A stretch of 64,000 bases of DNA, taken from positions 4,269 to 68,268 of the forward strand of contig CAJTOZ010000012.1 in NCBI GenBank assembly GCA_910578095.1, read 5' to 3'. The stretch comes from an uncultured Muribaculaceae bacterium (GTDB taxonomy: Bacteria > Bacteroidota > Bacteroidia > Bacteroidales > Muribaculaceae). The notes beneath the pieces were generated by a model. That model made no database searches and had not been told where the DNA came from. It saw only the letters and a program-made list of their open reading frames with translations. The stretch's first letter is position 1. Every line of letters starts with the position of its first letter. Below, in pieces: positions 42,459 to 52,745 of the stretch. A program made the translations under genes and the position numbers.

Positions 42459-43904
42459 TTACTTCACATAGATTTTGCTCACACTATTGCCCTGGCGGCG
42501 GATCACCACCTGGCCGGCTGCGGGCTGGCTGAGGCGCACGCCCTGCAGGCTGTAGTATTCAACGGGAGCATCTTCATCGGCCACAGTCACATCCTCAATG
42601 CCGGTGGAAGTCTTCTTGCTGTAAACCACGGTGAGCTGGGGCACCATATCGGCAGCCTTGATAGTGAAGCCGTGGGTGGTGTTTTCCTTGTCAGCGGCTT
42701 CCTTGGCGGCAAACTTCATAGAATCATTGTGCTCGCCGCTCTTTGCAAGCAGGAACGCTACATTGCCGTTGGCCACGGCGCGGGCTGCGCTGAGACCCTT
42801 CACAAATTCCGTCACGTCGATATAGCTGGTCCAATCCTCGGCAGTGGCAAAGTTGGCCACCGACGAATGGCCGTCGTGCATGGCACGGCCGCCGCAACCC
42901 TTGGCATCGAACTGAGCTATGGGGTCGTTGGCAAGAGCTTCGTTCACGGCTGCTTCCTCGCTTGCGAAAGTTGCGTCCTCGGCAATGGAGTTGCCGTAGG
43001 AGTAAAGCGACATGCCGCGGCTACCCTTGTTCTGTGTGCACACCACACGGAGAGTGGCCGATGTCACCTCATAGGTGGCTGCATCGAGGGCCTCAGCGGG
43101 AAGTGCAAACTCAAAGACACCGTACATCACATTGCCATTGGCCTGATGGCGGATTTCGATTTCGCCGTTGGCGCCGTACTTGTCGTTGGGCTTGTCGCTG
43201 CGCAGCTGTGTGTCGGCTACGGTACCCACGGTCACGCTGCCCGAATTTGCATCTTCCACAAACACAACCTCCATGTAGGGAATCACATCCTCGACATTCT
43301 CAATGAAGGCAGGAAGACTTTCAGCGGATTTTTCCTTGGAAATTATGCAGTTCTGACCGGTTTCCGTATCGTTGGAGAAAATGAAGCTCACTCGGTTGCC
43401 TGCCTGAGTTTTCACATAGTCCGTGACATCTATTTCGTTGACCCAGGCATCAAGGTTCTTGCTCTCGTCGTTCAGCTTGTTGACATCGCCGATAGCCATG
43501 TTATACTGGCCTGCAAGCTGACCCGAGTACAGGGGCTCGGTTTCCATAGCAGCCAGGATGGCCGTTTCAAGATTGGCATAGGTATCGTTGTCGGCCACAC
43601 TGCCGGCGAAGCCGCGGATGCTGTATTTGTGGGCTTTCACACGTTCAGTCACAAAATGGATTTTTGCGCTCTGCACTTTCATCTGCGCGGGCTTATCGTA
43701 TTCAAAACTGATCAGACCATAGAAGGCATCCGATTCGCCCTGCACATGAAATTCGAGCTTGTCAGCGTTATTGTCCTTCCAGGTAGCATTGTTGGAGCGC
43801 ACCCAGCAGTCTGCCACATCAGCAAACTTAACGGTTTCCTGAGCCGAAACGGAGCAGAAACCTACAACGGCCACTGCGGCCACGGTGAGTAAATGTTTTA
43901 CCAT
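42459..43904 (-). CDS. Secreted T9SS-type protein with two DNRLRE/CBM96-like domains
   Basis: Two units starting ADCWVRS / ADTQLRS..YG and ending PYMEVVF / PQLTVVY; same C-terminal tail type as the neighbour; no catalytic motif recognised. Confidence 0.7.
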   Translation of the reverse strand: MVKHLLTVAAVAVVGFCSVSAQETVKFADVADCWVRSNNATWKDNNADKLEFHVQGESDAFYGLISFEYDKPAQMKVQSAKIHFVTERVKAHKYSIRGFAGSVADNDTYANLETAILAAMETEPLYSGQLAGQYNMAIGDVNKLNDESKNLDAWVNEIDVTDYVKTQAGNRVSFIFSNDTETGQNCIISKEKSAESLPAFIENVEDVIPYMEVVFVEDANSGSVTVGTVADTQLRSDKPNDKYGANGEIEIRHQANGNVMYGVFEFALPAEALDAATYEVTSATLRVVCTQNKGSRGMSLYSYGNSIAEDATFASEEAAVNEALANDPIAQFDAKGCGGRAMHDGHSSVANFATAEDWTSYIDVTEFVKGLSAARAVANGNVAFLLAKSGEHNDSMKFAAKEAADKENTTHGFTIKAADMVPQLTVVYSKKTSTGIEDVTVADEDAPVEYYSLQGVRLSQPAAGQVVIRRQGNSVSKIYVK

Positions 43905-43939
43905 AGTATTGTTGTTTAATTTTGGTTTTGATATATATT

Positions 43940-43971
43940 AATTCGCGCGTGGCGCGCCAACTACCTAATCG
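43940..43971 (-). promoter_or_regulatory. Bipartite motif copy 2 (candidate ECF promoter)
   Basis: Plus strand AATTCGCG-N14-TACCTAATCG, 36 bp upstream of ATG 43904. Confidence 0.65.
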
Positions 43972-44049
43972 CCAACCATTAAAAACGTTTTTTTAACGGT
44001 TCAGAAAAAAATCCATGTCCAACAGATCCAAAGAGCTGATTCCCAACAG

Positions 44050-44197
44050 TGTAGGGACGTGCCTTCGGCACGTAAACCCGGGAAGCGACCTATCGGACAC
44101 CGCACGGAGATACGTCTACCTTGCTAATATTAAATTGATTAATAATCAATAAATAACTTATGTTTCTTCTGTTCCTCTGTTCTCTTGTACCCTCGCT
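44050..44197. repeat. Partial copy of the dispersed element (single REP plus right terminal arm)
   Basis: GTAGGGACGTGCCTTCGGCACGT (44051-44073) and CTTATGTTTCTTCTGTTCCTCTGTTCTCTTGTACCCTCGC, matching the right end of copy 1. Confidence 0.7.
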
Positions 44198-44314
44198 ATA
44201 TCGGGTTGGCTCTTCACAATCCATCGCTATATCAGCTTGTGCCCATTCCACCTCTATTTCATCGAAAAGCGGCGCCCCGGATGGAGCGCCGCCTTGCTAT
44301 GGATAGTCTATCGA

Positions 44315-45739
44315 TCAATTCTCACGGTAGTGCATGAGAGTGGAGAAGCCCAGCTGGTCGAAACCGCCGGAAGAGCTGCCGTAGTGGCCGCCACCGCCAT
44401 CGGGACGGAACTGCTCGGCCATTTCCTTCACGTATTTGCCGGGGATGTTGTGGCTGTTGCAATAACCGGCCCATATGTCCCAACCCGGACGGATAGTGCC
44501 GCGGCCGGCGCCGGAGATACCCGTCATGATGCCACCGTTGTAGGTGTACTCATTAAAGGGAAGCGAGCTCTCGCTGTAGCGGAAAGAGGTGGACGAGAGC
44601 GAGCCTGTCTCGTAGCTGTCGCCCACTTCCGGGATCACCACATTGTACTTGGCCACATACTGTGCGAAAGCGATGGCACGGCCATTCTCAAAGGCGAAAA
44701 GATCCTCGCCTATGCCCATGGCCATCTGGCAGAACGCGCCCACCATGGAAGCGCAGAGAGTGTTGTGGCCCTGGTCGCGGCCGCTCTCATTGCCCTGAGC
44801 CAGCATTTCGCCGCTGCCGTCGGGATCCTCAAACACGCCGAGCACACCCTTGCGCATGATGCAGCCGGGGCCTTCGCCATGCTTGAAGTGCAGGATGGCT
44901 TCGTTCACCATGTCCTGGTTGTCGGAAAGGATACCGATAGAGAGGATGGCTGTCATGGATGCGAGGTCCCAGTTCATCCACCAGTGGTCGGTGTTGTTCA
45001 TGGCTATGAAGCGCGAGCAGAAGGGATAGAAATAGGTGGTCATCCAGTCCACCACGCTCTTGAAGCCGGCGCTGTTGCCCCAGCCGTCGTAGTCGCGCAC
45101 AAGTTCGGCGGCATTGGCGGCCTGGTGAATCTGGAACATGATGAGATACTCATTGGAGTCGATCACATCGTTAGCCCATTTCTTGGCATCCGGAGCGCCC
45201 AGGAGCAGGCCCTTGTTCACAGCGGCCCAGTCTTCAAGTATCTTGATGGCCGCTGCAGCTGCCTGACCGTCGCCGTCGAGCTGCCATTTGAGGCCGAGCT
45301 GATAGGCTGCGGCGCAGTCGCGGAAAAAGTTGGTGTAGTTATTGTGGATACCGGGATAGTACTCGTCGCGCAGACCTGCGTCGTCCCAGCGGCCGCCGCC
45401 ACCGCCCCAGTTGGCGGCATCCAGACGTGCCAGATATTTCACGGGGCTCGCCGTATAGGCCACATTGCAGAAGCCGGTGTTGGTGATGAGCTTCGTGTAG
45501 GCATCGCTCCAGGGCTGTTGGCCGAGATGCGCCTTGGTGTAGTCGATATCGGCGCGGGTGTGGAGCATGCAGGGATGGTTGAAGCTATAGGTCTTGGGCT
45601 CGTAGATGGTATAGTCAAGCTCGGGCTCGGGAATCTCCCAGGAGTCTATATCGGTCCAGCCGTCCTCGATTTCGGAGCATGCAGTGGCGCCGAATGCCAC
45701 GGCTGCAGCCGAGAGTATGATGGAAAATGCTTTTTTCAT
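44315..45739 (-). CDS. Alginate-lyase-domain family lipoprotein (putative polysaccharide lyase)
   Basis: Lipobox ATAC; FNHPCMLHT, ANAAEL, NWD, ESGRDQGH, YVAKYN, RP.W, FDQLGFSTL. Confidence 0.75.
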   Translation of the reverse strand: MKKAFSIILSAAAVAFGATACSEIEDGWTDIDSWEIPEPELDYTIYEPKTYSFNHPCMLHTRADIDYTKAHLGQQPWSDAYTKLITNTGFCNVAYTASPVKYLARLDAANWGGGGGRWDDAGLRDEYYPGIHNNYTNFFRDCAAAYQLGLKWQLDGDGQAAAAAIKILEDWAAVNKGLLLGAPDAKKWANDVIDSNEYLIMFQIHQAANAAELVRDYDGWGNSAGFKSVVDWMTTYFYPFCSRFIAMNNTDHWWMNWDLASMTAILSIGILSDNQDMVNEAILHFKHGEGPGCIMRKGVLGVFEDPDGSGEMLAQGNESGRDQGHNTLCASMVGAFCQMAMGIGEDLFAFENGRAIAFAQYVAKYNVVIPEVGDSYETGSLSSTSFRYSESSLPFNEYTYNGGIMTGISGAGRGTIRPGWDIWAGYCNSHNIPGKYVKEMAEQFRPDGGGGHYGSSSGGFDQLGFSTLMHYREN

Positions 45740-45827
45740 TGTATTTATATTTGATTGAGGTTAAGGGAGGGGAGCGGAATCTGCCGCGGGGCGTATCTGC
45801 CGCCCCCCTGCCCTTGTGGGGTTGGAT

Positions 45828-47219
45828 TTATTGGGCATCGGCCGTGCCAAATGCCTTGGCTTCATCGGCGGTGCGGAATGTGCGGATCCAGTATACATCG
45901 TACCAGGCTGCTGCCGGGTCGACATTTGCATTGGGAATATCGGCCACCTTGAGCTGGAAGAGGTTGAAGTCGTGGGTCTTGGTAGCCCATTCGCCGAACT
46001 TGCTCGTAAGGTCGATCATGATCAGACGCGTGCCGTCGGGCAGATCGTAGCCGGCCTTGTCGTGGGGGTTGCCGGAATCGCGCACGTCCCAGGTGTTGTC
46101 GCCACCCTTGGGAATGGTACACTTGATAGCAAGTACAGGACGCTCGGAAGCCATGGTGAACATGCTGTTGTTGTTCACATCCATCTTGATGTCGCGGCGC
46201 CACTTACCGGTGGTGGAGGGGAAATGCACGCGCCACACATTCTCGCCGCGTTCGTCGGGAGCCTGATCGTTGGAGCATATCCAGCCGGCCCACTGGTTGG
46301 CGGCATTCCAGATGTAAAGGCCATTGACCACTTCCACAGGGATGGTCACCGACTGGCCTGTCTCGGAGCAGGTGGCGGTGATGTTGGCGGTGCCGAAGCC
46401 GCGGGGCGTCACTACGCCGCGGTATACGGTGGCTACCATTTCATCGTCGCTGGTCCATGTCACGGAACCGATGGTGGCATCGGCGGGATAATAGGTCACA
46501 TTCAGTTCCACGCTGCCCTGGTTGATGCAGAGACCCTCGGCCAGAGGCTCCACTTCCACGCGCTCGGCGTTGACCATGCGGTTGATGTGCAACGAGTATT
46601 CGCCGCGCACGCCGCTCTTGTCGGTGGCATTGGCATAGATAGTCACATCGCCCATAGCGAGGCAGGTGACAAGGCCATTCTCGTCCACGCTGGCCAGGGA
46701 TGCGTCGGAAGTGCTCCAGATGAGACGGTCGTAGGTGTGGTCGGCCGGGAGAATCTCGGCGGCCATCTGCAGCTCGTCGCTCACATAGTATTTGCCGTCC
46801 TCACCCGCGGGGGTGGTGTTGGTGACATTGATCTGCGTGGCCTTGATGATCTCGGGAATCACATTCACGATCACAGAGGCATTGGCGTTGAACACCGGAA
46901 AACCGATTTCGCCATAGGCCGTGATGATGGCGCGGCCCACATCCTTGGCGTGGATGGTACCGTCCTGATCTACGGTGGCCACCTCCTCGTCCGACGAGGA
47001 GAAGATGATATTTTTGTTGGTGGCGGTCTCCGGGCCCACACTGTAGGCTATAGTGGAGTCCATGCCTACAGCCAGGGGCAGCGTGGGGCTCACATGGAAG
47101 GTGATCTCCTCCAGCATGTGCGCTTCGTCGGCGTTGAGCGTGAGCTGCTTTTCGTCGTCGCAGGCAGTCATGGCCATGGCGGCTACGGCGGCAAGAGCTA
47201 TATATTTGGCATTTTTCAT
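45828..47219 (-). CDS. Ig-like (Big_2) repeat surface lipoprotein, probable SGBP
   Basis: Lipobox MTAC; three Big_2 units (SSSDEEVATVD, WSTSDASLASVD, WTSDDEMVATV); C-terminal YDVYWIRTF. Confidence 0.75.
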   Translation of the reverse strand: MKNAKYIALAAVAAMAMTACDDEKQLTLNADEAHMLEEITFHVSPTLPLAVGMDSTIAYSVGPETATNKNIIFSSSDEEVATVDQDGTIHAKDVGRAIITAYGEIGFPVFNANASVIVNVIPEIIKATQINVTNTTPAGEDGKYYVSDELQMAAEILPADHTYDRLIWSTSDASLASVDENGLVTCLAMGDVTIYANATDKSGVRGEYSLHINRMVNAERVEVEPLAEGLCINQGSVELNVTYYPADATIGSVTWTSDDEMVATVYRGVVTPRGFGTANITATCSETGQSVTIPVEVVNGLYIWNAANQWAGWICSNDQAPDERGENVWRVHFPSTTGKWRRDIKMDVNNNSMFTMASERPVLAIKCTIPKGGDNTWDVRDSGNPHDKAGYDLPDGTRLIMIDLTSKFGEWATKTHDFNLFQLKVADIPNANVDPAAAWYDVYWIRTFRTADEAKAFGTADAQ

Positions 47220-47255
47220 TGTTCCTGTGAATTATGCATTATGAATTGTGAATTG

Positions 47256-48968
47256 TTACCAGCCGGGGTTCTGCTTGAGATTGGAGTTGAGCTGCAGCTG
47301 GCTGGTGGGCAGCGGGAAGAGATAGTGCTTGGGCAGGAACTGACGCTCGCTCTCGATTATGAGGCGGCCGTCGGCATTGACGGGCACTCCGGGCACAGCC
47401 CATTTCTCCTGCCATTCGCCGGTCCATACTATGCCGGTGACATCCATGGGCATCTCGGTCTCGGCGGTTTTCCAGCGGCGCAGGTCGTCGAGGCGGAAAC
47501 CTTCCTGGAAAAGCTCGATGGTGCGCTCGCGGCGGATTTCCTCACGCATGTCGAGGCCGTGGGTGTTGACGAAAGCGTTGCTCAGCTTGGGCATCTGCTT
47601 GTTCACACGGGTGCGGGTGAGGTTGAGCGAGATGTTGAGGTCGTCGTCGCTGATCTGGCCGCCGTTGGCCTCGAATGTGGCTTCGGCATAGTTCAGGAGC
47701 ACCTCGGCGTAGCGGAGCACAGGCCAGTCGAAGCTCTGCTGGCCGTCGAGCACTTTGCGCTCGGTGCACCACTTCTGGTGCCAGTAGCCGGTGCCGCCGT
47801 TGGGGAGGGCATTACGGCGTGCGGCTGCAGCGCGTTCGGCATCGCTGCCGCTCCAGTCGATACGGCTCTTCTCGTTGTTCCAGAAGTCGTCGCCGGGCTG
47901 GCAGAGGGTGTAGCGCATGCGGTGGTCGCGGTTCTGCCACTCGGAAGTGACTTTGTCGCGGCCCTGGAACTGGGCGGATTTCTCGATGGGCAAACCGTCC
48001 TGACAGAGGTACATGTCGGCAAACTTGGAATTCACACGCTGGTGCTGGAAGAATATCTCAGTGGTGAGGTTGCGGCCGATAGTCTTGAGCTCGGTATCGA
48101 AGCAGCGCTTGATGATGTACTCGTGATTGTCGGCTTTGGTGAGGCCGGCACCGTTGCTCTGCACGTTCTCAAGGATGAACATGTACTTCTGCGATGCGTC
48201 GCCGAGGGCAGCGTTGTAGAAGAGCCAGAACTTGCCACCGTCGATCACCTTCTTGGCAGCCTTGGCGGCCTCGGCGCAGAATGCGCGGCCACGGGCCTCG
48301 TTGTTCTTATGGTTGATCTGCCATGTGCCTTCGAAGAGACCCACGCGGCTCAGGAAGCCAAGGGCGCCTTCGCTGCCCACACGGCCTTCAGCTATGTCGG
48401 CTGTGGGTTTGAGCAGATCGGCAGCGGTCCAGAGGTCGTTGATGATGAAATCGGCCACTTCGGCGCGGTCGTTGCGACCGCTGAAGAGCAAAGGATTGTC
48501 AGTGTCGATGGGCTCGTCCACAATGATCACGTCGCCGAACTTCTGCAGAAGCTGGAAATAGTTCCATGCACGGAAGAAGTAGGCCTCGCCCAGCGACTGA
48601 CGGATGCTCTCGGTGGTGCCACCGTAGCGGCCGGCGTTCTGGATGAGCAGGTTGCAACGGCGGATGCGGTCGTATGCGCCGGTGTAGTCGCCGTCGCCTT
48701 CAGGCACGGTGTGCGTACCGGTGGCGATAGCGTCGCGGCCCTGGTCGTAGCTGATGAGGTCGCTGTGGCGGTCGCAGTGCACATTGTCGGCATAGACGGT
48801 GCCGAAGTTGGGCAGCCAGTCGTAGAATTTGTTGGCAAAGAGTTCAAAGTCGCCGGCTTCGCTCCAGAGATTGCTGTCGCTGACGTCTTCTTTCGACGTC
48901 AGGTCGAGGCACGATGCGGATGCGAGGCCCATGGCGGCGATTGCCATATATTTAACTATGCGGTTCAT
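47256..48968 (-). CDS. susD: SusD/RagB lipoprotein (PUL 2)
   Basis: Lipobox SASC; GEAYFFRAWNYF, LRYAEVLLNYAEA, ERTIELFQEGFR, QNPGW. Confidence 0.93.
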   Translation of the reverse strand: MNRIVKYMAIAAMGLASASCLDLTSKEDVSDSNLWSEAGDFELFANKFYDWLPNFGTVYADNVHCDRHSDLISYDQGRDAIATGTHTVPEGDGDYTGAYDRIRRCNLLIQNAGRYGGTTESIRQSLGEAYFFRAWNYFQLLQKFGDVIIVDEPIDTDNPLLFSGRNDRAEVADFIINDLWTAADLLKPTADIAEGRVGSEGALGFLSRVGLFEGTWQINHKNNEARGRAFCAEAAKAAKKVIDGGKFWLFYNAALGDASQKYMFILENVQSNGAGLTKADNHEYIIKRCFDTELKTIGRNLTTEIFFQHQRVNSKFADMYLCQDGLPIEKSAQFQGRDKVTSEWQNRDHRMRYTLCQPGDDFWNNEKSRIDWSGSDAERAAAARRNALPNGGTGYWHQKWCTERKVLDGQQSFDWPVLRYAEVLLNYAEATFEANGGQISDDDLNISLNLTRTRVNKQMPKLSNAFVNTHGLDMREEIRRERTIELFQEGFRLDDLRRWKTAETEMPMDVTGIVWTGEWQEKWAVPGVPVNADGRLIIESERQFLPKHYLFPLPTSQLQLNSNLKQNPGW

Positions 48969-48989
48969 ATGATGTGTTTCGTGATATTG

Positions 48990-51900
48990 TTAGAAAGTGA
49001 GGTTGGCACCGATGGTCCATGTGCGCAGGAAGGGGTAGCGGCGGGAGTCGGTGATGCGGCGGTTTGCCTCGGGGTCCCAGTCGTCGGTGTTGCCTTTCCA
49101 TTCCCAGAGGTCGGTACCGGTTACATACAGGCGCAGGTTGCTGATCACCTTCTGCTTGGCAAGCACGCTCTGCGGGAGAGTGTAGCCGATGGTGAGGTTC
49201 TTCAGGCGCAGATAGCTGCCGTCCTGCACGCTCCAGGAGGAGCACTGGTAGTTGTAGTCGTAGATATTGGACTGCATGGTGAGCGTCGGATAGCGGTTGT
49301 CCGGTGTCTCGGGGCTCCATACGTTGCCCACCCAGTGGTTGGAACCGTTCTGCCAGGCGTTACGCATGGGGATGCGCCAGGGGTCGGGGTCGTTGCCGCT
49401 GCCGGTGACACGCCAGATAGTGCGCTTGGCTGCGCCCTGGAACACCATGTTCACATCGAAGCCTTTCCACTCGGCTCCCAGATTGAAGGAGTACTGGATC
49501 TTGGGATCGTCGGTACCGAGGTACACGAGGTCCTGCTCGTTGATCTTACCGTCGCCGTTGACATCCTGGAACATGTTGTCGCCCAGACGCACGAGCTGGA
49601 TGTTACCTGCGCCACCGTAGTTTTCGCCATAGCGGGCGATGTATTTCTCGAGAGTTTCCTCGTTCTGGATCTTGCCCACATAGCGGTAGCCCCATACGGA
49701 GTTGAGAGGATAACCTTCCTGGTCGCTGCGCACACCTGCGCCGATGGCGCCGCTGCCGCCGTTGTCGAGCAGACGGTTCTCCACATAGGTGAATGTGCCG
49801 CCCACGTGGTAGTTCACATTGCCGATGCGGTCGTTCCAGTTCACCTGGCCTTCATAGCCCCATGCCTTGAACTTACCCTTGTTGGCGGTAGGAGCGGCAG
49901 CTCCGAGGATACCGGGATAGATCACATCGATGAGCATGTTGTTGGTTCGCTTCCAGAATGCCTCTACAGTACCGGTGAGACGGTTGTTGAAGAAGCCGAA
50001 GTCAAGGGCCACGTTGTAGTTGTGCACGCGCTCCCACGTACGGTCGGTGCTGGGCAGGGTGCCTTTCACGTCCATATTGCCCACGAGCGAGCCGCCGATA
50101 AGGTTGCCGCCGGTGTTGTACATGGTGTAGAATGTCATGCCGGAATAGCGGTCGATACCGTTCTGGTTGCCCACATTACCGTAGGACGCACGCAACTTGA
50201 GTTCGTTGATGTAGGGTCGCACACCTTCCATGAATGCTTCCTCAGTGAGGCGCCAGCCCAGCGACGTGCCCCAGAAGAAGGCCCAGCGGTTGGCGGCCTG
50301 GAATTTGGAGCTGCCGTCGTAGCGGAACTGGCCTTCGATCATGTATTTGCTCTTGTAGTCGTAGTTGGCACGGCCGTAGTACGACATGATGGCTTCCTCC
50401 CACTTGCGGGGTGTGGTGAGCTTGGTCTCGCCGGAACCGTTGGGAATGCCGAGAGTGGGCTGGATGTCGAGGGTGGAGACACCAAATCCCTCATACTGCT
50501 TCATGTTGTACTGCACACCGCCGAGGAGCGTGAGGTTGTGGTCGTTGTTGAACGTCTTGTTCCAGTCCACATAGCCCTGGATGCTGTAGAAGTCGGTGGA
50601 GCTCTGTGTCTTTTCGTAGCTGTTGTCCTTCTTCAGGGGCGACGTAAAGGCGAGTTCCTCACCGTTGTAGCGGTAGAAGTCGATGCTGAGTGTCTGCTTG
50701 TCGCGCACGGCTTCGGAGTGGTTGTAGCCGAGTACAACGTTGGCGCGCAGACCGTCGATGATCTCATAACGCAGCGTCTCGCTGATGTTGACGGCGTTGA
50801 CCTTAAGTTTGTTGTCGCCACCGAGCTCCACGAGCCAGTTGGGCGTACGCCACTGCTCGGCCCAGCCGTAAGGCTTGCCATCGATGGTGCTGGTGGGGAA
50901 GCCGGGCTGTGCCTGGCCCACGTTGAGGGCAGCGCCTATCTGCGAGGGAGCCACCTGGTCCTGACGGTTGTAGCCGATGACACTCTGCAGCGTCATGCCC
51001 TTCATGATCTGGAACGTGTTGTTCAGGCGCAGGTTGATACGCTGGTTGTGGTTGTTGCCCCATTTCAGGTTGGAGTCGTCGTACATATAGCCGAGCGAGA
51101 AGCGGAAGAGATTCTTATCGGTGCCGCCGCTCACGCTGAGCTCGTGCTGGGTGCTCCAGCTGTTGCCCCACATCACGTCCTGCCAGTCGGTGTCGAAGAA
51201 CATCATTTCCGTCACGTTGGTCATGCCCAGGGGGTTGCCGGCTATCCACTGGTTGGTGTACATCTTGGCCAGGGTAGCGTAGCGCATCCAGGTATCGTTC
51301 ATGTCGTAGCCGTCGTTGCCACGGGCTTCGAGCACGCCGTCGGCCCACTGGAGCAGGCTCATGCCCTGGTTCTGCAGACCGATGTTCTTGAAGGTATAGC
51401 TGCCGCTGTAGTCCACCTTCACCTTGCCTTCCTTGGCTTTCTTTGTGGTGACGAGCACAACACCGCCTGCAGCCTTCGAACCGTAGATGGAGGCAGCGGC
51501 GTCCTTCAGGAAGTTCATGCTTTCGATATCGGAGGGGTTGAGCAGACGCAGCTCATTCACGCTGTCGTACTCCACGCCGTCGATGATGACGAGAGGCTCG
51601 CTGTTGTTCTTGGAGAACGCTCCGCGCAGGCTCATACCCCAGCTTTCATCGCCGGGCGCCGAGCTCTGGCGGGTGATGATCACACCGGGCACCTGACCCT
51701 GCAGCGCCTGCACGGGGCTGGAGAGGGTGCCTTTGTTTTCGAGTGCTTTTTCATCTACAACGGCCACGGAGCCGGTGAGGGTGGCTTTCTTCTGTGTGCC
51801 GTAGCCCACTACCACTACTTCGCTGAGCACTTCGGAATTTTCCTGAAGTGTGATATTAAGATGGTCGGCATCGATGCGCACCTCTTGAGTCTTCATACCC

Positions 51901-52187
51901 ACGTAACTGACGACAAGGGTATTGCCTTTAAGATTTTTAAGGCTGAAATTGCCGTCGATGTCCGTGACGGCAGCCTGGTCGGTGCCTTTCACGAGAATAG
52001 ATGCGCCGATGAGGGGCTCGCCGGTAGAATCCACTACCGTACCCGTCACGCTCTTCACGACAGAAGCCGCAGCCGGCACAGGAGCCGGGGCGGCATAGAC
52101 TTCTGCGGGAGCCGCAGCCATCACGGCCGCTGTGGCCATGGCTATCAGCGTAGCGCGAGACAGTCCGCTTCTACTGTTGTCATTCAT
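48990..52187 (-). CDS. susC: SusC/RagA TonB-dependent transporter (PUL 2), no STN signalling domain
   Basis: LSEVVVVGYG, PLVIIDG, LKDAAASIYG, RYDGSSKF, YPFLRTWTIGANLTF; the carboxypeptidase-regulatory-like domain follows the signal peptide directly. Confidence 0.95.
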   Translation of the reverse strand: MNDNSRSGLSRATLIAMATAAVMAAAPAEVYAAPAPVPAAASVVKSVTGTVVDSTGEPLIGASILVKGTDQAAVTDIDGNFSLKNLKGNTLVVSYVGMKTQEVRIDADHLNITLQENSEVLSEVVVVGYGTQKKATLTGSVAVVDEKALENKGTLSSPVQALQGQVPGVIITRQSSAPGDESWGMSLRGAFSKNNSEPLVIIDGVEYDSVNELRLLNPSDIESMNFLKDAAASIYGSKAAGGVVLVTTKKAKEGKVKVDYSGSYTFKNIGLQNQGMSLLQWADGVLEARGNDGYDMNDTWMRYATLAKMYTNQWIAGNPLGMTNVTEMMFFDTDWQDVMWGNSWSTQHELSVSGGTDKNLFRFSLGYMYDDSNLKWGNNHNQRINLRLNNTFQIMKGMTLQSVIGYNRQDQVAPSQIGAALNVGQAQPGFPTSTIDGKPYGWAEQWRTPNWLVELGGDNKLKVNAVNISETLRYEIIDGLRANVVLGYNHSEAVRDKQTLSIDFYRYNGEELAFTSPLKKDNSYEKTQSSTDFYSIQGYVDWNKTFNNDHNLTLLGGVQYNMKQYEGFGVSTLDIQPTLGIPNGSGETKLTTPRKWEEAIMSYYGRANYDYKSKYMIEGQFRYDGSSKFQAANRWAFFWGTSLGWRLTEEAFMEGVRPYINELKLRASYGNVGNQNGIDRYSGMTFYTMYNTGGNLIGGSLVGNMDVKGTLPSTDRTWERVHNYNVALDFGFFNNRLTGTVEAFWKRTNNMLIDVIYPGILGAAAPTANKGKFKAWGYEGQVNWNDRIGNVNYHVGGTFTYVENRLLDNGGSGAIGAGVRSDQEGYPLNSVWGYRYVGKIQNEETLEKYIARYGENYGGAGNIQLVRLGDNMFQDVNGDGKINEQDLVYLGTDDPKIQYSFNLGAEWKGFDVNMVFQGAAKRTIWRVTGSGNDPDPWRIPMRNAWQNGSNHWVGNVWSPETPDNRYPTLTMQSNIYDYNYQCSSWSVQDGSYLRLKNLTIGYTLPQSVLAKQKVISNLRLYVTGTDLWEWKGNTDDWDPEANRRITDSRRYPFLRTWTIGANLTF

Positions 52188-52238
52188 GCGATGTTGGTTT
52201 GATTTATGGTTAACTATATTGAATTTCTTTCGTAGGAA

Positions 52239-52745
52239 TCATATGCATGCACGCATATATCCGCGCACTATGCCTGAGGCGGTGAAGATATGGTTTTCCA
52301 CAGTGCGCGTGGAAAGCCCCATGCGCGCGCCTATCTCGGCAGCGCTCAAGCCCTCGAAGCGACGGAGCTCGAACACCGCGCGGCGCTTGGCTGAGAGAGC
52401 GGCGATGCAACGCGCTTCCACAGCGGCAAGGTCGGCAGCGATCACGGCGGATTCGGTGCTCGTGTCGGATTTGGGCAGATAATCCATCATGTAGCGGTCG
52501 GCCTCTCGGCGCACATAATGGTGGCGCAGATAGTCGTTCACGACATTGCGCGCTACAGTAAAGATAAGATAACGCACCTGCTCGGGCAGGAAGCCTCCGT
52601 CGTGGGAGTGCTCCAGCAACTTCAGAAACACGTCCTGTGCCAGGTCTGCCGCGTCGTCCGGGTCGTTCACTCTCGTACCGATATAACGCACCACTTGCGG
52701 GCGGAGCTGCACATAAGCCTGTGTGATGATCTGGTCGGTTTTCAT
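52239..52745 (-). CDS. ECF RNA polymerase sigma-70 factor
   Basis: Region 2 ADLAQDVFLKL..IFTVARN.VNDYLR; region 4 EGLSAAEIGARMGLSTRTVENH; TAATTTTG promoter element at 52771-52778. Confidence 0.92.
   Translation of the reverse strand: MKTDQIITQAYVQLRPQVVRYIGTRVNDPDDAADLAQDVFLKLLEHSHDGGFLPEQVRYLIFTVARNVVNDYLRHHYVRREADRYMMDYLPKSDTSTESAVIAADLAAVEARCIAALSAKRRAVFELRRFEGLSAAEIGARMGLSTRTVENHIFTASGIVRGYMRACI

Noticed and set aside
45816..52202. 2128-aa plus-strand ORF, and similar long ORFs at 526-3786, 17599-20442, 21271-22986 and 23853-26129
   Set aside because: Antisense shadows of well-supported minus-strand genes. Strong C/G third-position bias removes antisense stops, and the translations are V/G/A/H-rich with no recognisable motifs.
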